From Thermodesulfobacteriota bacterium (GTDB lineage Bacteria; Desulfobacterota; Desulfobulbia; Desulfobulbales; SURF-16): 64,000 nt of DNA. Location of the stretch: assembly GCA_040755455.1 (NCBI GenBank), contig JBFMAY010000004.1:32001-96000 (forward strand), read 5' to 3'. The position numbers were made by a program, and so were the translations under genes. Below are positions 40,106 to 51,075 of the stretch, in pieces; the first letter of the stretch is position 1; the number at the start of each line of letters is the position of its first letter. The notes below the pieces were generated by a model that was not told where the DNA came from, did not search any database, and saw nothing but the letters and a program-made list of their open reading frames with translations.

Positions 40106-42520
40106 CTAATGGGGGGACACATTGTTGCCAGTTTCAACCGGAGGCAATTCCGGACAGAAATCGTCAGATCCTTCTGTTTTAAAAAGCGATTCACCTTCCT
40201 TGACCACAATGGCCTTTTCAAGAACCTTGTCCATATGATCAACAAGTTCAATGGTGAGGCTTTTTAGAATTTTTGGCGGAATTTCCTTGAGATTTCTCTC
40301 ATTTATCTTGGGAATTAACACATGTTTGATATTGCCGCGTTTGGCGGCGAGCAATTTTTCCGTGAGTCCCCCGATGGGCAGGACACTGCCCCGCAGGGTT
40401 ATTTCACCGGTCATGGCAATATCTTTCCGCACGGGCTTTTTGACCAGGGCCGACACCATGGAAGTTGCCATGGTGATGCCGGCTGATGGACCGTCCTTGG
40501 GAATTGCCCCTTCCGGCACATGGACATGGATATCAAGTTTCTGATAAAAATCGGCGCTTAAACCGAGACGGTTGGCCCTTGTCCGCACATAACTCAGGGC
40601 AGCCTGGGCCGACTCCTGCATCACGTCACCCAGCTTGCCGGTGATGGTCAACTTGCCGTTGCCCGGCATCAGCGCTGTTTCAATCTGCAGTAACTCGCCG
40701 CCAACCTCCGTCCAGGCAAGACCGGTAGCCAGACCAATCTCATCCTTTTCTTCTGCCTGACCATAACGGTATTTAGCGACACTGAGGTACTTGGCGATTG
40801 ACTGGGCCGTGATATGATAATTTTTTTTCTTTTTGGCAATCAGGCGGTCCCGGGCGATTTTCCGGCAGATGCTGGCAATGCTTCTCTCCAGATTTCTTAC
40901 CCCGGCTTCTCTGGTATAGCGGCGGACAATCTCCATGATGGAGCCGTCATTAAAGGTGATGTCCTTTTCGCCAAAGCCGTTTTCTCTAAGCTGTTTCGGG
41001 ACCAGATAGCCCTTGGCGATCTGCAGTTTATCCTCTTCGGTATACCCATCAAGTTTGATCACCTCCATCCTGTCCTGCAGGGGCGGAGGTATTGAATGGA
41101 GATTATTGGCGGTGGTAATGAAAAAAACATCGGAAAGATCATAATCAAGATCAAGATAATGATCGTTAAAGGTATTATTCTGCTCCGGGTCAAGAACCTC
41201 AAGCAAAGCGGAAGATGGATCGCCACGGAAATCCATGCTCATCTTGTCGATCTCGTCAAGACAAAAAACGGGATTATTCACCTTGATTTTCTGCAGGGAA
41301 TGGATGATCTTGCCGGGCAAGGCGCCAATGTAAGTTCTCCGGTGGCCCCTGATCTCCGCCTCATCCCGGACACCACCCAAGGAAATCCGGACAAACTCAC
41401 GCCCCATGGCCCTGGCCACGGACTTGCTTAACGACGTTTTCCCCACACCAGGCGGACCGACAAGGCAGAGAATCGGCCCTTTGATTTTCTTGACCTGCAC
41501 CTGTACCGCCAGGTATTCCAATATCCGTTCCTTTGGTTTGCCCAGCCCGAAATGATCCTCATTGAGAATTTTTTCCGCATTTTTGATATCAATCTTTGCC
41601 CGGCTCTTCTCAAGCCATGGCAGACTGAGAATGGTATCGATATAGTTGCGGACCACGGTTGCCTCGGCGGACATGGGGGGCATCATCTTCAGCTTTTTAA
41701 ACTCCTGCCTGGCCTTGTCCTTGGCTGCCTTGGTCATTTTCTTCTTTTCGATCTGCTGCTCAAGGTCCGTCAGTTCGGAACTGACATCATCCTTGCCGCC
41801 GGCCATCTCCTTCTGGATGATCCGCATCTGTTCAGCCAGATAATAATCCTTCTGGGTTTTTTCCATCTTCTTCTTCACCTGGGCGCGGATATTCTCCTCC
41901 AAGGAAGCAATCTCACTCTCCTTATGGATGAGGCCCAACACCAGCTCCATCCGTTCCAGGAGAGGAATGGTACTTAAAATTTCCTGTTTTTCCTCGCTGG
42001 TGACCGGCAGATGTCCTGCCAGAAAATCAATGAACTTTACCGGATTTTCAATCTTGGCCAGGGATTTGATCACCTCGTTCGGTATCTTCTTGTTGTGTTT
42101 GGCATATTGCCGGAAAGAAGCTAAAATCTCCCGGATGTAAGCCACGGTGAGATTATCAGACTGCTTTGTTTCGTGAAATTCTTCAACCTCAACGGTAAAA
42201 TACTCATGGCCGGGGAGAAAGGAAACGATCCTGCCCCGGTGCTTTCCTTCGACAAGAGCCTTGATCGTTCCATCAGGCAACCTTAACAGCTGCAACACCG
42301 AGGCAACCGTGCCTATCTTATGGACGCCATTTTCGTCAGGGTCATCAACGGAGGCATCCTTCTGCGTGCTCAGAAAAATGCTGGTACGATTGGACATGGC
42401 CTGTTCAAGGGCCTTAATGGACTTGCTCCGCCCCACAACCAGGGGGGCCACCATAAAGGGGAACAAAACGATATCCCGCAAGGGCATCATGGGATAAATA
42501 TTTGTTTCGGTATCTGACAT
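40106..42520 (-). CDS. lon: Lon protease
   Basis: [22 protein letters not shown] catalytic Ser. Confidence 0.98.
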   Translation of the reverse strand: MSDTETNIYPMMPLRDIVLFPFMVAPLVVGRSKSIKALEQAMSNRTSIFLSTQKDASVDDPDENGVHKIGTVASVLQLLRLPDGTIKALVEGKHRGRIVSFLPGHEYFTVEVEEFHETKQSDNLTVAYIREILASFRQYAKHNKKIPNEVIKSLAKIENPVKFIDFLAGHLPVTSEEKQEILSTIPLLERMELVLGLIHKESEIASLEENIRAQVKKKMEKTQKDYYLAEQMRIIQKEMAGGKDDVSSELTDLEQQIEKKKMTKAAKDKARQEFKKLKMMPPMSAEATVVRNYIDTILSLPWLEKSRAKIDIKNAEKILNEDHFGLGKPKERILEYLAVQVQVKKIKGPILCLVGPPGVGKTSLSKSVARAMGREFVRISLGGVRDEAEIRGHRRTYIGALPGKIIHSLQKIKVNNPVFCLDEIDKMSMDFRGDPSSALLEVLDPEQNNTFNDHYLDLDYDLSDVFFITTANNLHSIPPPLQDRMEVIKLDGYTEEDKLQIAKGYLVPKQLRENGFGEKDITFNDGSIMEIVRRYTREAGVRNLERSIASICRKIARDRLIAKKKKNYHITAQSIAKYLSVAKYRYGQAEEKDEIGLATGLAWTEVGGELLQIETALMPGNGKLTITGKLGDVMQESAQAALSYVRTRANRLGLSADFYQKLDIHVHVPEGAIPKDGPSAGITMATSMVSALVKKPVRKDIAMTGEITLRGSVLPIGGLTEKLLAAKRGNIKHVLIPKINERNLKEIPPKILKSLTIELVDHMDKVLEKAIVVKEGESLFKTEGSDDFCPELPPVETGNNVSPH

Positions 42521-42665
42521 ATAGGCAGTTCTGTTTTAGGGTTAAGAGATTTAAAAATACAGGTTAGACGAACGACACATTCTGACAAGCCGCTATGGCT
42601 TGCAAGCTGATGCAGGCGGGCATACAGGCGTATCTGCTGCCCTTATGCCCCGCCTCTACTCTATC

Positions 42666-43922
42666 TCAAGCGCTTTTTTTGGTTTCATTCTCATAAAGAA
42701 CAACGGGATAATCACCGTTAAGGATCACCTGCTCGCTGATAACGCACTCTTTCACATTGGCCTCAGAGGGAAGTTCAAACATGATGTCCAGCATGGCTTT
42801 TTCCATGACAGAACGCAGGCCCCTCGCCCCGGATTTGCGCTTCATTGCTTCTTTGGCAATGGCATTGAGGGCTCCCTCGGTGAAACGCAAACGGATATTT
42901 TCAAACTCAAACAGCTTCTCGTACTGTTTGGTCAAGGCATTTTTCGGCTCACGCAGGATTCTGACCAGATCCTCTTCCTCAAGTTCTTCCATGGTGGCAA
43001 TAACCGGCAGACGGCCGACCAGTTCCGGAATCAGACCGAACTGCAGCAGATCCTCGGACTGCACAGAGGCCAGAATTTCTCCCACCTTTTTGGTGGTTTT
43101 GCCGACCACTTTGGCGCCGAACCCGATGGATTTCGTGCCGGTCCTTCTTTTAATGACCTTTTCCAGGCCGACAAAGGCCCCGCCGCAGATAAAAAGGATA
43201 TTTGAGGTGTCAATCCTTACGTAATCCTGCTGGGGATGCTTTCTGCCGCCTTTGGGCGGCACACTGGCCACTGTTCCCTCAATGATCTTCAGCAGTGCCT
43301 GCTGGACGCCTTCACCGGAAACATCCCTGGTGATGGAGGCGCTATCGGATTTCCTGGCAATCTTGTCTATCTCGTCGATATAGACAATGCCCCGGCTTGC
43401 CCTTTCAATGTCATGGTCCGCGGCCTGGAGAAGATTCACCAGAATGTTTTCCACGTCCTCTCCCACATATCCGGCTTCAGTCAATGTGGTTGCATCGGCA
43501 ATGGCAAAGGGAACATTAAGGATCTTGGCCAGGGTCTGGGCCAGCAGCGTCTTGCCGCTGCCGGTGGGGCCGATGAGGATAATGTTGCTTTTCTGCAGCT
43601 CAACATCACCCTCTTTATTGGTATATTTGGACTCAACACGTTTGTAATGATTGTGCACGGCAACCGACAGAATACGTTTGGCCAGATCCTGACCAATGAC
43701 GTATTGATCAAGATAGGCCTTGATTTCCCGCGGCTTCAATATGGCCCCGTCGCCCTGTTCCTCGAGATCATGGAGACGGTCTTCACTGACTATCTCATTG
43801 CACAGATCAATGCACTCATCACAGATATAGACATTTGGTCCGGCAATGAGTTTTCTGACCTCGTCCTGGCTTTTCCCGCAAAAGGAACATATCACATCAA
43901 TATCATTATGGTCATCTGCCAT
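42666..43922 (-). CDS. clpX: ClpX ATPase
   Basis: CSFC...CDEC zinc finger, [12 protein letters not shown] pore loop, IGF loop. Confidence 0.98.
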   Translation of the reverse strand: MADDHNDIDVICSFCGKSQDEVRKLIAGPNVYICDECIDLCNEIVSEDRLHDLEEQGDGAILKPREIKAYLDQYVIGQDLAKRILSVAVHNHYKRVESKYTNKEGDVELQKSNIILIGPTGSGKTLLAQTLAKILNVPFAIADATTLTEAGYVGEDVENILVNLLQAADHDIERASRGIVYIDEIDKIARKSDSASITRDVSGEGVQQALLKIIEGTVASVPPKGGRKHPQQDYVRIDTSNILFICGGAFVGLEKVIKRRTGTKSIGFGAKVVGKTTKKVGEILASVQSEDLLQFGLIPELVGRLPVIATMEELEEEDLVRILREPKNALTKQYEKLFEFENIRLRFTEGALNAIAKEAMKRKSGARGLRSVMEKAMLDIMFELPSEANVKECVISEQVILNGDYPVVLYENETKKSA

Positions 43923-43924
43923 AA

Positions 43925-44527
43925 TTATACCTCCTCGTCAATGTTTTCCCGCTTGCCCAGAACCTTGTCAATCAGACCGTATTCCTTGGCTTCGGCTGCG
44001 CTCATGAAATAGTCTCTTTCCGTGTCAGCCTGGATTTTCTCAAGGGATTGACGGGTATGATGAGCAAGAAGCCTGTTGAGGTCTTCCCGCATACGCAGAA
44101 TCTCACGGGCATGAATATCGATATCCGAGGCCTGGCCCTGGTATCCGCCCATGGGCTGATGGATCAAAATCCTCGAATTCGGCAGGGCATACCTTTTCCC
44201 CGGTGCACCGGCCGCCAGGAGAAAAGCCCCCATACTTGCCGCCTGCCCCATGCAGAGTGTGGCAATATCACTTTTAATATACTGCATTGTGTCATAAATT
44301 GCCAGTCCCGCCGTAACAACGCCTCCGGGAGAGTTGATATAAAAAGTGATATCCTTGTCAGGGTCTTCCGCTTCAAGAAAGAGCAACTGGGCAATAATGA
44401 CATTGGCTGCATCATCACTTACCGCCCCGCCGAGAAATATAATCCTTTCCTTTAACAGACGGGAGTAAATATCATAAGCCCGCTCTCCTCGCGGGCTCTG
44501 CTCAACAACAACTGGAATCAAATTCAT
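43925..44527 (-). CDS. clpP: ClpP peptidase
   Basis: [19 protein letters not shown]. Confidence 0.98.
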   Translation of the reverse strand: MNLIPVVVEQSPRGERAYDIYSRLLKERIIFLGGAVSDDAANVIIAQLLFLEAEDPDKDITFYINSPGGVVTAGLAIYDTMQYIKSDIATLCMGQAASMGAFLLAAGAPGKRYALPNSRILIHQPMGGYQGQASDIDIHAREILRMREDLNRLLAHHTRQSLEKIQADTERDYFMSAAEAKEYGLIDKVLGKRENIDEEV

Positions 44528-45858
44528 TCGGTGGCTCCTGCTTTTTCTGGTTCGTTACCGGCAGTTTGAGCCGGTACTTTCTTTACAACGGCATTTTCAC
44601 GCAGGAACTCAAGGATTTTTTCACTGAGGAGTTCATTCATGAAAGGCAGCAGTTCGTTGCGGCTGCGGAAATACTTTTTCACCTCGTCAACCTGCATGCC
44701 ATACTGGGCGGCAATCCTCTCAAAACCCTTGCGGATATCTTCGTCATTGAGCTTGACATCTTCGGTTTCGGCAATTTTTTTAAGGATAAAATCACCCCGT
44801 ACTCTTCGCACCGCGGCATCCTTATAATCATTGACCAATTTTTCCTGGCTCATACCGGCTGATTCGAGAGTGAGTCCCTGTTTCTGCAGATGATCCTCCA
44901 ACTGCTTGATCTGTTCATTCACCTCATAAGCGACGAGCTTGTTCGGGACTTCAAAATCATGCCCTTCCAGAATCTTCATCATAATTTTGTCTGTCAGGTC
45001 ACCGACCTGCGCATCGTTTCGCTGTTTCTCTATTTTTTTACGAAGATGTTCCTTTAATGCGTCAAGAGTTTTGAATTCCTCTCCCACATCCTGGGCGAAT
45101 TCATCATTGACCTCGGCCAAAACCCGCTCCTTGACTTCCTTCACCTTGATTTGAAATTCCACCTTTTTCCCGGCAAGAACAGGATTGGGGAAAGACAGGG
45201 GAAAGTCCACAGCCCGGCTCGCCTCCTCACCTTTCCTCAGGCCAAGGCAGGCATTCTCAAAATCCTTACCGTTGCGGCCGGAACCGACTTCAACGGAATA
45301 ATTTTCCGCTTTCACCTGCTTGAGAGCTTCGCCATTCTCATCAAAACCCTGGAAATCGACAACCACCAAGTCATTTGTTGTGATACCGCGATCATCAACA
45401 TTGCGCAGCGGTGCCAATTCCTTGCGCAGAAAGTCAATCTCCGCGGCAACCGCCTCCTCGGTCACGACAATTTCGGGCATTTCCACTTCAATGGCCTTAT
45501 ACTGTCCAAGCTCGAACTGGGGCTTCACATCGATCTCGGCTTCGTAGACAAAGGTACCGTCATCGGCAAATTTGTGGCTCTTGATTTCAGGATGCACAAC
45601 CGGTTTACAATCAGTCTTTTCCAAGGCGTCAAAATAGGTATCCTGAACCAGTTTTTCTCCCACTTCCATCTTGATCTTTTCACCATATCCTTTCTCAAGA
45701 ACTTTTCTTGGCACTTTGCCCTTTCTGAAGCCCTTGATCGACACCTCCGCCTTCAGTTCCTTATAGGCATCTTCAATTTTTTTCGAGACAATGTCTTCAG
45801 GAACAACAATCCTCAGTGTTTTGGTGAGAGAGCTTACATCTTCAACGCTGACCTGCAT
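44524..45858 (-). CDS. tig: Trigger factor
   Basis: GFRKGKVP ribosome-binding signature; tig-clpP-clpX-lon order. Confidence 0.97.
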   Translation of the reverse strand: MQVSVEDVSSLTKTLRIVVPEDIVSKKIEDAYKELKAEVSIKGFRKGKVPRKVLEKGYGEKIKMEVGEKLVQDTYFDALEKTDCKPVVHPEIKSHKFADDGTFVYEAEIDVKPQFELGQYKAIEVEMPEIVVTEEAVAAEIDFLRKELAPLRNVDDRGITTNDLVVVDFQGFDENGEALKQVKAENYSVEVGSGRNGKDFENACLGLRKGEEASRAVDFPLSFPNPVLAGKKVEFQIKVKEVKERVLAEVNDEFAQDVGEEFKTLDALKEHLRKKIEKQRNDAQVGDLTDKIMMKILEGHDFEVPNKLVAYEVNEQIKQLEDHLQKQGLTLESAGMSQEKLVNDYKDAAVRRVRGDFILKKIAETEDVKLNDEDIRKGFERIAAQYGMQVDEVKKYFRSRNELLPFMNELLSEKILEFLRENAVVKKVPAQTAGNEPEKAGATE

Positions 45859-45913
45859 ATGGTACCTTCCTTTCTAAATATGAAAATTGTATCTGATCAG
45901 GTATAATTAAAAA

Positions 45914-45954
45914 ACACAAAAGGCAAAGGTGCTGAACAAATTTGCCCTTTGCCT
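45914..45954 (-). terminator. Hairpin/terminator between tRNA-Leu and tig
   Basis: AGGCAAAGG...CCTTTGCCT inverted repeat followed by a T-rich run on the minus strand. Confidence 0.55.
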
Positions 45955-45978
45955 CAACCTTTTACTCAAACTCCGTCC

Positions 45979-46064
45979 TGGTGCGAGAGGGGGGATTTGA
46001 ACCCCCACACACGAAATGCGCTAGATCCTAAGTCTAGTGCGTCTACCAATTCCGCCACTCTCGC
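45979..46064 (-). tRNA. tRNA-Leu(TAG)
   Basis: GCGAGAG / CTCTCGC acceptor stem, anticodon loop CTTAGGA, long variable arm, CCA; 86 nt. Confidence 0.96.
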
Positions 46065-46167
46065 GTGTTTGAAAAATAAACAACTTTAGCAATACAGTCA
46101 AGACCGGTAAAACTTTTATAATAATACAAGGCGGAACATGCAGGGCGCTATCTTTTTATTTTTCGCT

Positions 46168-46196
46168 TTGCACTTTAAACCTTTTGAGAGTAAGTT
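46168..46196 (+). promoter_or_regulatory. Candidate sigma70 promoter
   Basis: TTGCAC-N17-TAAGTT about 70 nt upstream of ATG 46269. Confidence 0.4.
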
Positions 46197-46268
46197 GGAC
46201 ATCTTTTTAGTAGGACTCATCAGCACGATCATCATGCAGGCAAATTAGATTTTTTTAAGGATACAACA

Positions 46269-47375
46269 ATGTCCTCCCAAAATAATAGCAAAGACGGCTC
46301 CTCATTTGCGGCAGACGGACATGCGACGTTAATCGGCAGCATTCCTCTGACCAGCCACGATGAGGCGCTTGAACTCGTCTTTCAGCACACGCCGCACATC
46401 CCGCTCTGGCCCCAGCTGCCAGGCAACCGCCTTGAGGGGATGCTGCAGCAATTCAACGAAGGGCTGCCCAGCATTGCATCAGAGGGTGAGAGACTTTTCT
46501 TCAACACCAGATCCGATCATTTCGAGGCGGAACAGCTCGCTTTTTTTGAGCAATACCTTGAAGTGGCGGAAAATTTCGAAAAACTTGCCGATTCCCGCTT
46601 CAAAGTAAGCCCTTCCCATGCGGAAGGCCTTTACAAACTGCTGGAAAAGGTAAAAAATCGGCATGGCATACTTGCCTTGAAGGGCCAGATTACCGGCCCC
46701 TTCACCCTGCTCACCGGCATAGTCGATCAGGATAACCGCGCCGGCTATTATGATCCGATGATCCGGGAGATGATCACCAAGGGGCTTGCCATGAAAGCAG
46801 CCTGGCAGGTCACTTTCCTGAAAAACGCGGGCAAACCGGTCATTGTGTTCATCGATGAGCCGGCCCTGGCCGGTTTGGGCTCATCGTCATTTATCAGCAT
46901 TTCCAAGGAGGACATCTCCACAGACCAGAACGAGATGATCGGGGCGATTCATCAGGCTGGCGGGCTGGCCGGCATTCACGTCTGCGCCAACACCGACTGG
47001 GCCCTTCTTCTTTCACTTGATTTTGACATCTTAAACTTTGACGCCTATGGTTTTTTCGACCGACTGGTGTCGTTTAAAAATGAGGTATATGCTTTTCTTG
47101 CCCGAGGCGGTATTCTTGCCTGGGGCCTTATCCCGACTTCAGAAAAGGAGTATATCCTCGCAGAAAGCACGGAGTCACTTGTCGCCCGCTGGGAAGAGCA
47201 GGCCTCGCAACTCGTCAACAACGACTGGAACATGTCAGCCCTGCTGCGCCGGAGTCTGATTACCCCCAGCTGCGGCACCGGCGCATTAACCGTCGATCTG
47301 GCGGCACGGGTTCTCGAGCTGACCGGGGAGGTTTCACAAAGATTGCGGGAAAAATATTTGCAGATTGCGCCCTGA
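46269..47375 (+). CDS. Core (single-barrel, MetE C-terminal-like) methionine synthase, MesB-like
   Basis: TLIGSIP, WPQLP, KGQITGPFT, FIDEP, GIHVC and TPSCG Zn-ligand motifs; only 368 aa. Confidence 0.72.
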   Translation: MSSQNNSKDGSSFAADGHATLIGSIPLTSHDEALELVFQHTPHIPLWPQLPGNRLEGMLQQFNEGLPSIASEGERLFFNTRSDHFEAEQLAFFEQYLEVAENFEKLADSRFKVSPSHAEGLYKLLEKVKNRHGILALKGQITGPFTLLTGIVDQDNRAGYYDPMIREMITKGLAMKAAWQVTFLKNAGKPVIVFIDEPALAGLGSSSFISISKEDISTDQNEMIGAIHQAGGLAGIHVCANTDWALLLSLDFDILNFDAYGFFDRLVSFKNEVYAFLARGGILAWGLIPTSEKEYILAESTESLVARWEEQASQLVNNDWNMSALLRRSLITPSCGTGALTVDLAARVLELTGEVSQRLREKYLQIAP

Positions 47376-47450
47376 AAGAATATTTTCATTATAACATATA
47401 ACATACGAATAAAATGAGCGCACCTGACATGTGCGGTGCGGGGTGGAAAT

Positions 47451-48926
47451 ATGGATGAATTGAACCAGATATTAAGACAAAGACGGAGCAAGGCCGAAGA
47501 ACTGGCCGAACTGGGCATAGAACTCTACGCCAACAATTACAAACCGACCCATCAGGTAAAGGACGTTCTGCCGGAAAATCCCGAACCGGAAGCACCCCTG
47601 ATGGTCGGCAGCATGTCGCTGGCCGGCAGGATTGTCGCCATGCGGAAATTCGGCAAAGCCACCTTCCTGCATATTCAGGATGAAACCGGCCGCCTGCAGA
47701 TCTATATCAAACAGGATGTGGTGGGCCAGGAGGCATACAATATTTTCAAAAAGTTGGACATCGGCGATATTGCCGGCTTCAAAGGCTCGCTCTTCCGCAC
47801 CAAGACCGGTGAACCGACGCTGCAGGCCATTTCCTTCCAGCCCATCACCAAATCCCTGCGGCCCCTGCCTGAAAAGTTTCACGGCCTGACCGACGTGGAA
47901 ATACGGTACCGGCAGCGCTATGTTGATCTCATCGTCAATCCCGAGGTGCGGGACACCTTCCGCAAGCGAGTGGAGATTATCAGACTTGTCCGTGATTTCC
48001 TGGTCAACCGGGGATTCATGGAAGTGGAAACCCCGATGATGCAGCCAATTGCCGGCGGCGCCACGGCAAAACCCTTCAAAACCCATCATAATGCCCTGGA
48101 CATGGATCTTTATCTGCGCATCGCCCCGGAACTGTATCTGAAACGCCTGCTGGTGGGGGGGTTTGAAAAAGTCTTTGAGATTAATCGTAATTTCAGGAAC
48201 GAAGGGCTGTCGACCAGACACAATCCGGAATTCACCATGCTGGAATTTTATCAGTCCTATGCCACCTACCATGACCTGATGGACCTGACCGAGGAGATGA
48301 TTTCCTGGATTGCGGCCGAGGTAACCGGCTCCATGCAGATCACCTATCAGGGGGAGGAAATCGATCTTGCCCCGCCCTGGAAAAGGTATAGCATGGAGGA
48401 AGCGCTGGTGGAAATCGCCGGTATCGACAAAGCCATGGTAAAGGATCCGGAAAAAATCATGCAACTGGCCCGGGACAAGGGGATCGAACTTGATGCCACG
48501 GCAGGGCCGGGCAAGGCGAAAAATGAACTTTTTGAACTGCTGGTGGAAGAAAAGCTCATCAACCCGACCTTTATTACCGAATACCCGACGGAGATCTCCC
48601 CCCTTGCCCGCCGCAACAAGGACAATCCTGATGTTACCGACCGTTTCGAACTTTTTATCACCGGCCGGGAAATGGCCAACGCCTTCAGTGAATTAAATGA
48701 CCCCATCGACCAGAGGCAGCGCCTGGAAAAACAGATTGCCGAACGGGGTGATGACGAGGAAATTTTCCCGGAACTTGACAGGGATTTTGTCCGGGCCCTG
48801 GAATACGGCATGCCGCCGGCCGCCGGGGAGGGAATCGGCATAGACCGCCTGGTCATGCTGCTTACCGATGCTCCCTCCATCCGGGATGTCATTCTCTTTC
48901 CCCATCTGCGCCCGGAGCAAGGTTAA
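47451..48926 (+). CDS. lysS: Lysyl-tRNA synthetase, class II
   Basis: YRQRYVDL, YLRIAPELYLKRL, FRNEG..HNPEF, GIGIDR. Confidence 0.98.
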   Translation: MDELNQILRQRRSKAEELAELGIELYANNYKPTHQVKDVLPENPEPEAPLMVGSMSLAGRIVAMRKFGKATFLHIQDETGRLQIYIKQDVVGQEAYNIFKKLDIGDIAGFKGSLFRTKTGEPTLQAISFQPITKSLRPLPEKFHGLTDVEIRYRQRYVDLIVNPEVRDTFRKRVEIIRLVRDFLVNRGFMEVETPMMQPIAGGATAKPFKTHHNALDMDLYLRIAPELYLKRLLVGGFEKVFEINRNFRNEGLSTRHNPEFTMLEFYQSYATYHDLMDLTEEMISWIAAEVTGSMQITYQGEEIDLAPPWKRYSMEEALVEIAGIDKAMVKDPEKIMQLARDKGIELDATAGPGKAKNELFELLVEEKLINPTFITEYPTEISPLARRNKDNPDVTDRFELFITGREMANAFSELNDPIDQRQRLEKQIAERGDDEEIFPELDRDFVRALEYGMPPAAGEGIGIDRLVMLLTDAPSIRDVILFPHLRPEQG

Positions 48927-48930
48927 CAAC

Positions 48931-50163
48931 GTGAGATTTGAAACATTTATCTGCTTCCGCTACCTGAAGGCAAAGCGGAAACAGGGATTTATTTCGCTTA
49001 TCACCTTTATTTCCGTGGCCGGGGTCGCAGTGGGGGTCATGGCCCTCATTGTCGTACTGGCCGTCATGGCGGGATTCACCTCCGAGCTGCGCAATAAGAT
49101 TCTCGGGGTAAACTCCCATATTGTCGTGCAAAAGCTTGGCGGCATCATTGATGACTACCCGGCCCTGATTGACGCTATTCAGCATACGGAAGGGGTCAAG
49201 TCGGTCACCCCCTACATCTATTCCCAGACCATGATTACCACCGGCAACAACGGCACCGGCATTGTCCTGCGCGGCATTGACCCTGCCAGCGCGTCTTCCG
49301 TGCTTTCCCTGGCAAGCCAGCTGACCCAGGGCGATATTACCGGCCTGTCCCGCGCCGAAAAGGAGCCCGGCAGCCCCCCGGGCATTATCGTCGGCAAGCA
49401 TCTGGCGCGGCAGCTCAGGATAGAAATGGGAGACCGGGTGCGACTGCTGTCGCCCTCCGGCCCGCTGACACCCATGGGGGTGATTCCCAAGATAAAAACA
49501 TGCGAGATTACCGGTATTTTTGATACCGGCATGTATGAGTACGATTCCTCCCTGGCCTATATTTCCATCAGGACCGCCCAGCAGTTTCTCGGCATCGACG
49601 GCGGGGTGCATGGCATTGAAATCAATGTTGACGACATATACCAGGCCGCAAACATTGCCACCAGGATAGAAGAGATGCTTGGCCCTGGCTTTGTGGCCAA
49701 GGACTGGATGCGCATGAATCAGAATCTCTTTTCCGCCCTGAAACTGGAGAAAACCGCCATGTTTATCATCCTTACCCTGATTGTGCTGGTTGCGGCCTTT
49801 AACATCATCAGCACCCTCACCATGGTGGTCATGGAAAAGACTAAAGACATCGCCATTTTAAAATCCATGGGGGCCAAGTCCGGCAATATTCTCCGGATTT
49901 TCGTTTACGAAGGGCTCATCATCGGCTGCACCGGCACGGCAATCGGCGTTGCCGGGGGGCTCGGCTTATGCAAAATTCTGAGCCGCTACCAGTTTATCAA
50001 GCTTCCCAGCGATGTCTATCCCATGTCCACCCTGCCGGTGAAGGTTCTGCCCTTTGATGTGACAGCCGTTGCCCTTGCCGCAGTACTTATCACCTTCCTT
50101 GCAACCATCTACCCGTCGTGGCAGGCCTCCCGCGTTGAACCGGCCGAAGCCCTGCGTTATTAA
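48931..50163 (+). CDS. lolE: Lipoprotein-releasing ABC transporter permease, LolC/E family
   Basis: RYLKAKRKQGFIS, LVAAFNI, EKTKDIAILKSMGA, PAEALRY; GTG start. Confidence 0.92.
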   Translation: MRFETFICFRYLKAKRKQGFISLITFISVAGVAVGVMALIVVLAVMAGFTSELRNKILGVNSHIVVQKLGGIIDDYPALIDAIQHTEGVKSVTPYIYSQTMITTGNNGTGIVLRGIDPASASSVLSLASQLTQGDITGLSRAEKEPGSPPGIIVGKHLARQLRIEMGDRVRLLSPSGPLTPMGVIPKIKTCEITGIFDTGMYEYDSSLAYISIRTAQQFLGIDGGVHGIEINVDDIYQAANIATRIEEMLGPGFVAKDWMRMNQNLFSALKLEKTAMFIILTLIVLVAAFNIISTLTMVVMEKTKDIAILKSMGAKSGNILRIFVYEGLIIGCTGTAIGVAGGLGLCKILSRYQFIKLPSDVYPMSTLPVKVLPFDVTAVALAAVLITFLATIYPSWQASRVEPAEALRY

Positions 50164-50170
50164 TTATCCC

Positions 50171-50905
50171 ATGAGAGACACCAGCAGCAAAACAGTTGAA
50201 TTTTCAGCCCAAGGGCTGATGAAGTCCTACGGTCATGGTTCAGGCAGGGTTGAAGTGCTCAACGATCTCAACCTTGAACTCCGGCGGGGCGAGATGGTGG
50301 CCATCACCGGTGTTTCAGGGACCGGCAAATCGACGCTCCTCCACATCCTCGGCACCCTGGACAGACCGGACAAGGGCAACCTGCGTTACAAGGATGAAGA
50401 TATCTTTAAACGCGACGACGCGAGTCTGGCTCATTTTCGCAATCAGGCCATTGGCTTTGTTTTCCAGTTCCACCATCTGCTCCCCGAATTTTCCGCCCTG
50501 GAAAACACCATCATACCAGGCTTAATTGCGGGCAGGAAAAAAGAAGAACTTTTTGACGACGGCAGGGAACTGCTCAAAAAGGTAGGTCTTGCCCACAGAT
50601 TCGACCACCGGGTCGGCGAATTGTCCGGGGGTGAACAGCAGCGGGTTGCCCTTGCCCGAGCCATTATCATGAAACCCACGCTGCTGCTGGCTGATGAACC
50701 GACCGGCAACCTTGACCCCAAAACAGGTGAAAAGATTTTCAATCTGATCCGCGACATGAATCATGACTTCGGACTGACCACGGTCATGGTCACCCATAAT
50801 TTTGCCCTTGCCCGCCAGATGGACCGCTGTCTGACCTTACGCAACGGCAAACTGTTCGACAGTGGCATTTTGCAGGAAAATGATGCGCGCTTTGCATCCC
50901 AATGA
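50171..50905 (+). CDS. lolD: Lipoprotein-releasing ABC ATPase
   Basis: GVSGTGKS, GFVFQFHHLL, LSGGEQQR, ADEPTGNLD. Confidence 0.93.
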   Translation: MRDTSSKTVEFSAQGLMKSYGHGSGRVEVLNDLNLELRRGEMVAITGVSGTGKSTLLHILGTLDRPDKGNLRYKDEDIFKRDDASLAHFRNQAIGFVFQFHHLLPEFSALENTIIPGLIAGRKKEELFDDGRELLKKVGLAHRFDHRVGELSGGEQQRVALARAIIMKPTLLLADEPTGNLDPKTGEKIFNLIRDMNHDFGLTTVMVTHNFALARQMDRCLTLRNGKLFDSGILQENDARFASQ

Positions 50906-51075
50906 TTTTTTAATGGCAACAATCTTCTTTTTTTATTAACTTTCGTAAGTTATGCTTTTTATTTATCAGCAATTGAACAGGATCTGGAAAAAAGCTTGCC
51001 GGTGCGGACATTTTTCAATATCCTGACGAAGATAATTTCTTCTCTTATTCCTCACTCCATATACGAAGACTTGCT

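Noticed and set aside
47472..48464. 330-aa antisense ORF, and similar long antisense ORFs over tig, clpX, the MCP and the kinases
   Set aside because: These are shadows of well-conserved genes on the opposite strand, with no recognisable motifs.
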